DNA from: Azolla caroliniana | Taxonomy: Eukaryota; Plantae; Polypodiophyta | Assembly (NCBI GenBank): GCA_043228905.1 | Contig: JBHGNT010000015.1 | Coordinates: forward strand, 9,486,001-9,550,000 | Reading direction: 5' to 3' | Length of the DNA stretch: 64,000 nt | In this document: piece after piece, positions 46,620-59,936 of the stretch | How positions within the stretch are numbered: position 1 is the stretch's first letter | Layout of the letters: every line of letters starts with the position of its first letter | The notes under the pieces: generated by a model | The model's database searches: none | What the model saw: only the letters and a program-made list of their open reading frames with translations | What the model was told of the DNA's origin: nothing | Made by a program: the position numbers and the translations under genes

Positions 46620-49600
46620 ACCGGATGTAAGTTGCTACTGAAGGATGTCTGACACGTTCCGGAGGTTCGATTGAACCTGATATCAGTTGGTCGGCTAGAA
46701 GATGAAGCCTACACGGGTAGCATCCGGAACAGAGTCATGAAGTTCTACAAAGGGAGCCTAATAGTGGCTCAAGCCCGGAAGGTCAGCACACTGTACTTGA
46801 TGAATGCCCGGATATGCCAAGAAGCAGTGAACGTAGGACAAAAGATATGCCGATGAACGTGCCCGGAGATGCCGGATATGTTGGTGAGCTGTGGCACAAA
46901 AGACTATTTCACATGAGTGAGAATGGGAATGAAGAGACTTTCCGAAGACAATCTCATTCCGGTGAAGGATGTGCAACTTGAGAAGTGCAATGATTGTCTT
47001 GCTAGCAAGCAAAACCGAACCTCCTTCCAGTCAAGACCACCGATGAGACGGAGTGCACCACTGGAGTTGGTGCATACCGATGTGTGTCAAGTGGACACGA
47101 AGTTACATGCCGGATCGCAATACTTCGTGACGTTCATAGATGACCACAACCGGAAATTGTGGGTCTCACCACTGAAGACGAAGGATCAAGTGTTATCCGT
47201 CTTCAACGAACTCCACGTGAGAGTGGAAAGAGAAACCGACTGGAAGCTGAAGGCGGTTCGAGCAGATAACAGAGGAGAATACCAGGGGTAGTTCGAGGAG
47301 TACTACCGATCGAAGGGAATCCGGCTCAAATTTATCGTGCCGAAGATATCAAAACTAAACGGCATGGCCAAATGGATGAACCAGACTGTGATGGAGAGAG
47401 TCCGGAGCATGTTGGCACCTGCAAAGTTACCCAAGACGTTTTGGGCTGAGGCGCTGATGACGGTGACCTATGTGATAAATAGATCACCCTCAGCACCCTT
47501 GGAAGGAGATCCACCATAAAAAGTATGAACCAGTAAAGATGTATCTTACCGCCATCTGAAGGTGTTCGGGTGTCTCGCATATGTGCATGTTGCAAAGGAC
47601 AAGAGAGCAAAGCTGGATCCGAAGTCCAAGCCATGCATATTCCTTGGATATGGTGATGATGAGTTCGGTTACCGGGTGTGGGATTTGGTTGACAAGAAGG
47701 TGTTCCGGAGTCGAAACATAGTCTTCATGGAAGACAGGACCATTGCCGATTGGGAGTCGGAGAAGAAGGTGACTAACTCCGGATCATCCAATGAAAACCG
47801 GCTTTAGGACACAAGGACTTACCCAGTTGGAAACCGGATGTTAGCCGGTAATCGGATGAAACTCGACGAACTGGCCGGATACGGACAAGAAACCGAACTG
47901 ACTGAAGAAGAGGAGGAAGAAGAAGACACCTGAACCGGACAAGATCCTGAATCAGACTCGGATGAGGAACAAACAGAGGAACCGGTAGTAAGAAATCAAG
48001 GACAAAGATATCCTCTCCGAGAGAGAAGAGCCCCCCAGAGATTTCCGGATGCAGAGCACATATTGTTGACTGATGAGAACCACACATACGAATTGACAGA
48101 GTTGCTGAAAGGGAAGAGAACACTCCAAAACAAGTGGGTGTACAAGTTGAAACCAGGAGATGCCAGAAACCCTCCGAGATACAATGCCCGACTTGTAGTG
48201 AAGGGTTTCCAGCAGAAGAAAGGAGTGGACTTCGATGTGATCTTTGCCCCAGTAGTAAAGATGACATCCATCCGGATGTTATTAAGCATAGTGGCAAGCA
48301 TGAACCTTGAGGTAGAGCAACTGGACGTCAAGAGGCATTCCTACATGGCGACCTCGACAAAGAGATCTACATGCATCAACCGGAAGGATTTGAGAAGAAA
48401 GGGAAGGAGCACCTGGTGTGCCATCTAAAGAAGAGCTTATATGGATTAAAGCAAGACCCCCAGTAATGGTACCGGAAGTTCAACTCCTTCATGACCGACC
48501 AAGGGTACCACAAGACGCAGGCCAATCACTGCGTGTTTGTGAAGAAATTTGACGGAGGATATTTGCTGATACTCCTCCTATATGTGGATGATATGTTGAT
48601 CGTCAGACGAGACCAAGGCAAGATTCGGATGCTGAAGAAGGCTCTGAATCAGACCTTCTCAATGAAGGAGTTGGGTCCGGCAAGACAGATATTGGGAATG
48701 CATATCATCCGGGACCGGTCGAAGAAGCTATTGTGGTTGTTAGAGGAGAAGTACGTGACAAAGGTGCTTCAACGGTTCAACATGTCGGAGACAAAGCCGG
48801 TTGGATCGACACTTCCGGCAAATTGCAAGCTATCCGGAAAACAAAGTCCGAGGACAAAGGTAGAGAAGACGGATATGACAAAGATACCATATTCCTCTAC
48901 TATTGGAAGCTTTTTGTACCTGGCCGGATATCGGATATGCAATTGGAGTGGTGAGCCGGTTCATGAGCAATCCCGGAAGAGAGCACTGGAACGCGGTCAA
49001 GTGGATACTCCAATATCTAAAAGGCACCTCGAGTATGTGCCTCCGGTTCGGCTCCGGTAATCCCCAACTTGACAGATTCATGAATTCGGACATGTCGGCT
49101 GATGCGGAAACTAGCCGGTCTACATCCGGATATATCATGACTTATGCAAGGGGAGCAGTATCGTGGTAGTCGAGGCTGTAGAAGACGGTTGCGTTGTCAA
49201 CCACAGAGGCAGAGTATATGGTAGTTGTGGAAGCCGGCAAGGAGATAATCTAGATGAAGGACTTCATCGGAAAGCTAGGGATCCAATAGGAGGAATATGA
49301 GCTCTACTCCAATAATCAAAGTGTCATCCACCCTGCAAAGAACGCTGCCTACCATTCCCGGACAAAACATATGCAGCGGAGGTACCACTGGATCTGGGCG
49401 AGAGTAGAAGATCAAGAGTTCATGCTAACGAAGATCCACACAGAGGAGAACAGGTCAGATATGCTGACCAAGGTGTTGACAACCAACAAATTGGAAGCGT
49501 GCCGAAAGCTGATCAGGCTGGTGAGACATCCCATGCTGAAGTGAAGGGGGAGATTGTTGGGAAATCGGTCCCTCCAGATGGGATCTGATTATGGATGAAG

Positions 49601-50066
49601 AGGACCTGGTGAGAACCGGAAGAGATCTGGAAACCGGATCGGATGGACCCGATGAGAACTGGAAGAGAAGACATATTTGTAAATATGTTTTGAACAAGTC
49701 TATTGAGGCTATATTTGTAAATAGACTTAATTTCATATAAGTATAAATATGACTTAGGGAAATCACTTTAGGTGTGTTGTTGTCATATTGTTGTCGATAT
49801 AACTGTTGTATAGAGAGAGAGGAGATACAGAGTTATACTCTGTTGTAACCACCGATTGGCGAAGATACAGAGCTCGAGGTTGTTGCCTCCGAGTCTCTGA
49901 TGTATCTTTCCTATATATAGTGATAGCTTGGAGTCTGTGGGCTCCCATGGTTTTTCCCATTAGGGGTTTCCACGTACACATTCTCCGTACTCTCTACTTC
50001 CCATTTCTGTGTTCCATTTCCATTTTTGTGATTCAAGACTTGGTTGTGGCCAAGAAATATTCCACA
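46620..50066 (+). mobile_element. 5'-truncated Ty1/copia (Tork/Tnt1-like) INT-RT-RH with 3' LTR 49555-50066
   Basis: LELVHTDVC, FWAEAL, ARLVVKGFQQ, LLLYVDDMLI, YHSRTKH; PPT GAAGGGGGAGAT followed by TGTTGG. Confidence 0.93.
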
Positions 50067-50129
50067 CTATTCTTTTCAGCATCAGACCCCAGATTTCTGA
50101 ATGGACCAAATCAGTTGTCTACCTTCGGG

Positions 50130-50600
50130 TGTGAAGCCGCGGCTTGCTTGCCATATTGGCAGTGCTCATAGAATCAGTGATCCAAGAAGGAGAGTTTGGG
50201 GATGTATCCAGCTCTAGATAAGTGCATGATGACGGCTTTGTTGAGGTGTCCAAGTCGACTGTGCCATAACGATGACATGGGAATATGTACTAGAAACAAG
50301 TCGCCCTATTTGAGTGTGACATATAGCGGGTACAATGCATGTACTTTCGGACCTCGAGCAAGCAGGAGGTTCCCCCCTATGGAGTGTCCACCTTCCTAAT
50401 TAGAAGCCAACACAAATTCTGTCTTTGTCAAGTTGTTCGACTAAGATTAGCGGTCATGAGAGCTCAAGTACATGTCAGACGTTATGTAGTACCAATGTAG
50501 AGCCTCATGGAAGGTTGAGCTCTACAATGTTGATTCCAATAATGGCACAATGTTGTGAGTTTCCTGTTGGCATAATGAGCCGATTTCTTCCACTTTGTAT
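50130..50600 (-). mobile_element. Copia GAG-pre-integrase remnant
   Basis: Minus strand LWHSRLGHLNK..EHCQYGKQ. Confidence 0.7.
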
Positions 50601-50609
50601 CCTATTGTG

Positions 50610-51714
50610 AACATGTCCAAAAAGTTAGGGCTTAATATATAAGCAATAACCTAACGTTGTAATGATGGGTTCTTGATCATTCTTGTATATATCTTGAATA
50701 TGAGAGAGAGAGAAAGAAATAGAGAAAGCTTCCATTTGAGCTCATATAATGTGTCTATGGTTCAATCATATCCCATATCACATTCTTTGTGTTGTTTGTT
50801 GTGCACATTCACCAATAGGTCCTCATTTTCTTCCGCGCATTATTTCCCACAAGTGGTATCAGAGTGATTTGCTGCTCGGCGCTAACAAAAGAAGCAGAGA
50901 AAGCTGAAAAAGAAAACAAGGTCAACAAAACCTCACTTTCGAAAAAGAATATGGCCTCGACGTCCAGAACAAGAGTTGAAATCTGAAAGTTTGATGGCAA
51001 AAATGTTGCCTTGTGGAAGGAGATGATGTAGGATGTGTTGATCATCAGGAGACAAGTCGAAGTTATTCGACATAGCGAAAAACCCGCTACGATGTCAGCC
51101 GAAGAGTGGAGATCACTAGACGAAATCGTGTGCTCCACCATCTGAAATGAATCTGTCCAAGAATGTCTATTTCAGCATGGCCAAGGAGACAACAACTTTC
51201 TCATTATGGGAGAAGTTGCAACTAGTGTACGAAAAGAAGTTCTCGTCGAAATTCATAATGATTCAACAACTGTTCAATATGAAGATGAGAGAGTCGGATC
51301 CTGCAACCTCCCACATCAACACCTTCACCCGGGTGTTGTCTCAACTCTCCTCCTAAGAGATTAATTTCGAAGAAGAAGTTAAAGCTCTTGCCCTCCTAAT
51401 GAGCTTGCCGGCGAGTTGGGAGGTATTCTGCACGAAATTCGCCAATAGCCGTTCGATCCTAAATCTAGATGAGATGATCAGCCAAGTCCTCACCAAGGAC
51501 ATTCATCGAAAATTGATGGGACTCAACATCGACGAATCGGCAGAAGCCCACCACTCGACTGAGACGATCAACTGACCGAGTCAATTTAGAGAACAAGGTG
51601 ATAGAACCGGTCAAAATCATAGTCGATCGAAACGAGGGGAGACCGACAACAGTCGAAGTCAAGAATAAATCGATCAAGCAAATTTTGCACCCACTACAAA
51701 AAACCCGGTCACAA
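50610..51714 (+). mobile_element. Copia 5' LTR end, iMet PBS and degenerate gag
   Basis: ..TTCCCACA then TGGTATCAGAG (50854); MASTSRTRVEI*KFDGKN..LWEKLQLVYEKK from 50951. Confidence 0.85.
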
Positions 51715-51974
51715 TGTGATAGAAATAGCGCTCGGCCACAACTGAGTTCCACAACACAAATGGGAGATTGAACAGAAAGTAACAATGCACTTACCAAGAT
51801 GAAAGAGATGACACCAAATGTTAACGTCGAAAACCCTGATTGGGAAAAACCACGGGAGCCCACAGACTCCAACTATCACTATGAGAGAAAGATATTACAA
51901 TGTGAGACTCTGAGGCAATGACCTCGAGCTCTGTCTTTGCAAACCGGCGATTACAACAGAAAATGCTTTATGTT

Positions 51975-52022
<48 letters not shown>

Positions 52023-54619
52023 TCTCTCTCTCTCTCTCTCTCTCTCTGTACAACAATAAAAGAATCACAACAACAATATTACCCTAGTCATATATATACT
52101 TATATAACTTAGGGGATATTTACAAATATGTCCTCAATGGCACATAGGAACATATTTACCAATATGTCCCTTCTCATGGTTCACAACATATCCGGTCAGA
52201 CCCCTTCTGGGTCCATCCGATCCATCTCCTTGCTTCGGCTCGTCCTACCCCATCCGGAGGGACCGGATTCCCAAGAAACTCCCCCTTCACTCCGGCATGG
52301 GGTTCCTTGTCAATCTGATCCGTCTCTAACACTCCTCCAGTTCGTCGGCTAACAACACCTTGGTCAGGATATCCGATCCGTTCTCCTCCGTGTGGATCTT
52401 CACTAGAGTGAAGTCTTGATCTTCTACTCTCTCCCAAAGCCAGTGGTATCTACCTTGGATGTGCTTCGTCCTGGAGTGGTAGGTTGTGTTCTTTGCAAGG
52501 TGGATGACACTTTGGTTGTCGTAGTAGAGCTGGTATTCCACCTGTCAGATCCCCAATTCTCCAATGATGTCCCTCATCTAGATTGCTTCCTTGTTGGCTT
52601 CCACGACCGCCATGTACTCCGCTTCCATTGTCAACAATGCAAGAGACTTATGCAGCCTCGACTGCTAGGATACGGCTCCCCCTGCATATGTCATGACGTA
52701 TCCGAATGTAGACCGATCGACTAGTGTCCGCATCAGGCTACATGTCTAAATCGGTGAATCCTTCAAGTTGGGGTTTACCTAAGCCAAATCGGAGACACAA
52801 GCTCGAGGTGGCTTTTAGGCACTAGAGTATCCCCTTGACGACGACCCAATGTTCTCTTCCCGGATTGCTCATGAACCGGCTGACCACTCTGACTGCATAT
52901 CCGATGTCCGGTCATGTACACACCATTGCGTACATGAGGCTTCCGACTGCAGAGGCATATAGTATCTTCATCATTTCTAACTTCTCTGCCTTTGTCTTCC
53001 GGCTCTGCTTTCCGGACAGTTTGCAATTTGCTAGAAGTGTCGACCCGACCGACTTAGCATCCGACATGCTAAACCTTTGAAGCACTTTTGTCACGTACTT
53101 CTCTTATGACAACCACAATTGTTTCTTCAACCGGTCCTAGATTATGTGCATCCCCAAAATCTGTCTTCCCTAACCCATATCTTTCATTGTGAATGACCGG
53201 CTCAAGGCCTTCTTCAGCATCCCGATTTTGATACAGTTCCGTCTGACGATCAACATGTCGTCCACATACAACAACAGTATCAAGAAGTCTCCTCCGTCAA
53301 ACTTCTTCACAGCAGTATCAGCAGTGGTAGGCATGCATCTTGTGGTATCCTTCATCAGTCATGAAGGAGTCGAACTTCCGATACCATTGCCGGGGGACTT
53401 GCTTCAGTCCGTATAAGCTCTTCTTCAACCGACACACCAAGTTCTCCTTCTCTTTCTTGATGAATCCCTCTGATTGCTGCATGTAGATCTCTTCCTCGAG
53501 ATCACCGTGTAGGAACGTCGTCTTGACGTCTAGTTGTTCGACCTCAAATTCCATGCTTGCCGCTATGCTCGGCACTACCCGGATGGATGTCATTTGATTA
53601 CTGGGGCAAAGATATCGTCGAAATCCACTCCTTACTTCTGCTAGAATCCCTTCACCACAATCCGGGCTTTGTATCTTGCTGGATTTCTTGCATCTCCCGG
53701 TTTCAACTTGTACACCTACTTGTTTTGGAGCGCTCTCTTTCCGTTCAGAAGCTCTGTCAGTTCATATGTATGGTTCTCATGCAGGGAATTCATTTCGTCC
53801 TGCATGGCACTCAACCATTTTCGGTTGTGGGCATCCCTCGTTGATTCTTCAAAGCTTTTCGGCTCCCTTGTCGGTTAGCAAAACATTCTCATCTTCCGGA
53901 AATCTATAGGGGGCTCTTCCCTCTCTGAGAGGATATCTCCATCCTTAGTTTTCGACAACTGGTTCCTATGTATGTTCTTCATCCGAATCCAATTCGGGGT
54001 CTTGTCCGGTTCTAGTGTCCGATTCTTCTTCTTTGGTCGGTTCGGTTTCCTGTCCGACTCCGGCCGGTTCATCAAGTGTCATCTTGTTACCCGGACAAGT
54101 GGGGAAGTGTCGGAGTCGAAAATGTAGAAGGTTCGGAGTCGGAATCAGAGTCGGAATTAGAGTCGGATCAGTATAGAGGATCGATGAGTTAGCATTTGCC
54201 GTAGTAAATCCAAAACCGAAATTATAGTTAGTTAGAGATTTTGTAGTTCTTGCCTTTTTGGCAATATGTTTTCTTGATGAGGAAGTTCTTCCAAAGGAAC
54301 CGAAGGTAGTGTAAAGAGACATCGTTTTATTTAGTAATATAAAGTTAGTTTAGGAAATCTCTATGTACGAAACACTCTGTCAATCTATTTCCTTTCTGTC
54401 ATAACTTATTACGTAAATAGCGATCTCGATGTCTATTTAAACATCAATAAGTTTACAACCATTTTAGTATCCATTCGTCTAAACCACAATTCATTGGTAG
54501 AATGTTTGGTGAGCAACGTTCAACTTATACTGTGTCGGCAATAGTTATTGTCGACCAAACAACATAGTATAATTTTGGCATGCCCGGTTACATCTGGAGC
54601 TAGCAGAGAACAAGTCGAA

Positions 54620-57600
54620 TGGATGTCGTCTGGTCCAGATACACCAGTCAGTTGTAAACGTCCTCGTACACGTTCGATTACAAAGACACTAGCAAAAGAT
54701 TCAGCTGCAGCATTACAACCAGAAACAAGTAGAAGGTGGTCTGCGCTCCCCGATTTAACTGATAGTCAGTCGGACGAAAATCAGGAGATATCATTTTACG
54801 ATATCTGGAGTGAAGACAATATGCCTTACCCGTATTCTAAATTTTGCGAAGGTGTTGATGCAGAAGTGCATGTTAGGGATTTCTTGACAACATGGGAAAT
54901 TAACCATGGAGCTCAGAGGTTATCGGCAGTAGCCGAAGACAAATCTAAAATTGTTGAGTTTGTTTTGTCATTAGATGGTCAGTCTGCTAATTGGTTTGCA
55001 CAAAATGGTTTCCGTACGTTCGAAACATTTGAACAATTAAACACCAAATTTCAGCAATTATTTGATCGTCAGATTCCTCGGAAGGATCTGATAGCGCAAT
55101 TTTATGTGTTATATGAGGAGCCGCATGAAACGGTATCTCAATTTGTCATCCGTTTTCAGAATTTACAACTCCAAATTTCCAGGCCTATTCCGGACAATGA
55201 ATTGAAGGATGTATTCCTTGAAGCAATTCCTGAACCATTACGAACAACATTAGCAGTGTTCGATTTCCGGAATCAGACGATCGAACAACTAATTGATAAG
55301 GCAATCGCTATGGGCCGGAATCCGAAAAATGTAAGGAGTATGGATATGTCGGCATTACATCATACGTTGCCAACATGGGAGGAGTTGTAGTTTCGGCAAG
55401 TAGTGCAATGTACGACTTGTTTGAATATTGCGCATTCTGCAATAGAATGTAGTTTACGAACACATTGCACAATATGTCATTCTAAACTTCATTCGGTCAA
55501 GCAATGTGAATATAATCTTTTTAACAAAACAACGACGCCGGTACGGCAAATTTTTCCGGAAAATGGATACCAAGAAACCGCTCGACAAAATAATTATCAA
55601 CAAAATCAAGATTTTTCGGCGGCACAAGATAACAACTATCAACAACACAATGGAGGTCAGTTTAAACAAAATCATTATAAGAATAAAAAATTCTATAAGC
55701 AAAAAGCGTCACGACAATTTCAACAACCCCTAGATTCTAATGAAGATGGAAATCATCAGTTTGCGCAAGGTGAAGGGAGTGGAACATTTGTTCCTACCTG
55801 CTATATTTGCCGACAAGAGACATTATGCAAATCAATGACCGTCTAATGGAAAAGGAAAAACACCGGTTATGCACATGGTCATGCCGGAAATTCAGCAAGT
55901 GACCACCAGAAGTAAAAGTAAACAATCAGAGTGGGAAATTCAGGAAGTTGTTCAGAAAGCAGCCAAGGAATGGGTAGAAGAAGCAAATAAAAACAATGTG
56001 TCCCGAATGCTCCAAGACAATGAGATCAATCAAGCCAATGAATTGCCCAGAGTTATGGCCGTACCGGAACAAGAAGAAACTTGGAAAATTTTGGCGGATT
56101 GCCAGGTATCATTACCTTTGATGGGATTACTCAAATTAGTTCTTAGGTTCACAGAGAAAGTGGCAACATTAATTGCCCAAAAAGGGACGGAACAGGCACC
56201 CGTTCATTATAATTAGCCAAGTAATAATCCTTCAATTATGGATGAGCAAAATCCTTCTATTAAAGTAATAATCCATGGGCAAGAAATAGAAGGTGCTATT
56301 GTCGATGGAGGCTCAGGCATGAATGTAATTAATAGAACTACTTGTGATAGGCTTGGCATTACCAAATGGGAAGCATGTCCATTTTGGCTAAGGATGGCTG
56401 ATACCAGTACAGTATGACCAATCGGTTTACTACGGCAGTTGGATGTCGTATTAGGAGGTCACACTTTTCAAATATCAGTAGTGGTGCTTCATTTGCAAGC
56501 TCCTGGGGCATATCCTTTGCTATTAGGTCGTCTATGGTTAAAACCTTCTAATATCAAGCAAAATTGGAATCAAAATTTATTAACATTTCGAAAAGGCAAG
56601 ACGAAAATCTGGGTGTCTACTCAGAATAAGATTACGATGAGCAAACAATGTTTGCCAATTCATGCAGAGGCCGTAAATATGATGGAAGGACTAGATGAGG
56701 TCGAAGAGAATCATTATTTTAATGATAACCCAAAAATTATCCCTTTGTTCGAAGTAGACATATTACAAGCCCTGACACCGTACATGGATTCACAAGAGGA
56801 ATTACCATTAGATAAGCAAACAATGAAAGAAATCCGAATGCAGCAGGAACCTACCGAAAGAGAAATGAAGGTATCTCAACGGGTTCAGGCTTTGGGATTG
56901 GAGGAAGTAAATTTGGAAGAAGATGATGAGGGGTTTGAACCGAAAATAGTGTTGATGGCTAAAGATATGAGACCAGCGGATAAGCAAAGGTTACTTGGGT
57001 TACTAAAGCAATATAAGGATGTTTTTGCTTGGTCTTTTGAAGATAGGAAAGGGCTAGATCCGGCTTTCTGCCAACACCAAATTAACTTGCATAAAGATGC
57101 GAAACCAGTTCAACAACGCAAGTATCATTTAAATCCTAATTATGCAATTAAAGTTAAAGAGGAAATAGATAAACTCCTGAAGGTAGGGTTTATTTGACCA
57201 GTAAAAAAAGCTACATGGCTGAGTCCAATTGTAGTTGTCCCGAAAAAGAAGGGGAAAATTTGAGTATGCGTCGACTACCGGAAACTAAATGCAGCAACAG
57301 TAACAGACGCATTTCCATTACCATTTACGGATGGGATATTGGATGCAGTCGCTGGTCATGAAATGTATAGTTTCCTGAATGGATTTAGTGGATATAATCA
57401 AGTAAGGATGCATCCAGAGGATCAAGAAAAGACAGCCTTTGTTACGGAATGGGGAGTATTTGTGGCAGTAGTAATGATGTTCAGATTAAAAATAGCTCCG
57501 GCCACATTTCAAAGGGTTATACAGGAAATCTTTGCGGAATACATTCCCTCATTTATGCAAGTTTTCCTGGATGATTTCGCCGTGTATAGTCGGAAATCGG

Positions 57601-59736
57601 AACATTTCGAACATTTACGACTATGTTTGGAGCAATGTCGGAAAGGTCGGCTCAGCTTGAATCCGGCAAAATGCGCGTTCGGAGTTACTAGTGGGGCATT
57701 GTTAGGCCATATTGTCGGCCAAGAAGGAATTGCAATTGACCCAGACAAGGTCAGGGCCATATTAGAAGCACCAACACCTACAAATGCTAAGGGCCTTAGT
57801 TGGTTCTTGGGGCAAATTAGATGGCATAGCATGATGATTAGATATCTTGTGGATGTTGCCATTCCTCTACACACAGCAGTGCATAAAGCACCTTTTCAAT
57901 GGACAAGTGTGGAACATGAAAATGTTATCTAAAGTTCTGGTGGTTCAACCACCAAACTGGAATAAACCTTTCCATGTGCTCGTTGATGCATCTGATATAG
58001 CAATTGGCAGTGCACTTATGCAGTTATCTGAACCAAACTGGTATAGACCAGTGTATTACACTAGTCGGAAACTCTCGACAGCGGAAAGAAATTATTCAAC
58101 AACTGAGAGGGAAGCGTTAGGAATGATTTATAGTATCAATAAATTTCGCCACTACCTTTTGGGCAAGAAATTTACATTCCATGTCGATCATTTTGCTCTT
58201 CTCTATTTGGTCTCTAAACAAGAATTAACTGGTAAGTTAGCACGATGGACATTACTACTGCAAGAATTCGAGTTTGACATTTTACATCGGCCAAGAGTAC
58301 AACATGCAATTCCTGATTATCTTAGCCGACTAGAGTCGGGAGAAGAAGGCATAGGTGTGCTAGACGATTTTCCGGATGGACAACTCTTTCGAGTGGAAGC
58401 AATACAGGTACAAGAAATAAATGAGGAAAGCAAGGATGCTTGGATCTCCGAGATGAAAATCTTTGTTACAACAGGGCTACCACCCAAGCATCTATCGGCG
58501 GATGAGAGGAAAAGGTTAGTTGTTCATAGTCAGAATTATTGTTTTTTGAACGATACTCTCTATCATAAAGGTGTAGACGCAATTTGGAGAAGGACAGTAC
58601 GACAATTTGAGAAATTGATAATTCTGCGAGAATCTCATTGTGGTATTGCAGGTGGTCATTATACCGGAGAAACTACAGCCCGAAAAATATGGAACAGTGG
58701 CTTATGGTGGCCGACAGTAATGAAGGATGTAGTGGACTATTGTCGAAAATGTGATTTATGTCAAAGATTGGGGCAACCCACAGAAAAGGACAGAATGCCT
58801 TTCCAACCTATTTTGCCTTTGGAGCCATTTCAAAAATGGGGATTGGATTTTGTCGGTTCATTTAAACCAGTAACCATACGCACAGGTAATCGTTACATCA
58901 TAGTCGCCACAGATTACTGTACAAAGTGGGTAGAAGCTAAACCTCTCAGGGATAGTACGGTAGCATCAACAACAAAAAATTTGTACAAAAATATATGGTG
59001 TCGATTTGGGTGTCCGATAGAATTGTTAAGCGATCAAGGTACACATCTTATTAATAAAATTGTACATGAGCTATCCACATATTACGCAGTGGTTCATAAG
59101 AAGAGGACTCCTTACTATCCACAAGCAAATGGATTAGCAGAATCGACAAATAAAACACTGCAGACAATACTCAAAAAGATAGTCAATGAAAATCGTACAG
59201 ATTGGGATCAAAAGCTTCAGAGTGCTTTATGGGCATATCGGACGTCTTATAAAACATCTATTAAATCAACTCCTTTCTGAACGGCTTTCGGATTAGAAGC
59301 CATAATGCCAGTAGAATTTCAGATTTCGACACTCCGAATACAGGCAACTAAAAAATTAAATGAACTGCAGTCAGAACAAATTCGGAAAGAAGCCTTATTG
59401 ATGCTAGAAGAAGAATGAATACATGCCATGCCAGCTTTAGAACACAAGCAAAGACAAACAAAGGCATTTGTAAATCGTCACAGACGTCAAAACGAATTGT
59501 AGTTTGGAATCGGCAAACCGGTACTAGTATTCCAAACTAAGATGGGGCCAATGCCGGGAAAATTATGATTTCGATGGATAGGACCAGTTTGGGTTGTGAA
59601 CAACAAGAATGGGGCGTATCAAGTTGGTACATTATTAGGTGAGATTTTACCAAAATGGGTAAATGGTTTACGGCTTAAACCATATCACGGGCTAATGCCG
59701 GAAAACCCATTTAAACTCGAAACTGATGCAAAGTGA
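54620..59736 (+). pseudogene. gag-pol of the 54085-63115 element (premature stops, a few frameshifts)
   Basis: Retrotransposon gag, CCHC knuckles, VDGGSGMNVI, VFLDDF, VDASDIAIG, HCGIAGGH..CDLCQR, WGLDFVG, FRWIGP. Confidence 0.93.
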
Positions 59737-59936
59737 TGTGGCATAGGTCACACAAAAAACAAAAAAAAAACTAACTATAGATAATCTTGGCAAAAGCACC
59801 TAACTGTCAAAAAGAAAATCTTGGAAAAGACTTAGACAGGCTATAAGTAAAGGCGCAGTGGAGTCATGCAACTAACACTCATTATTGTTATTCCTAACTT
59901 TTTCATTAATAGTATCGTTTCCATTCCCTAGGCATC

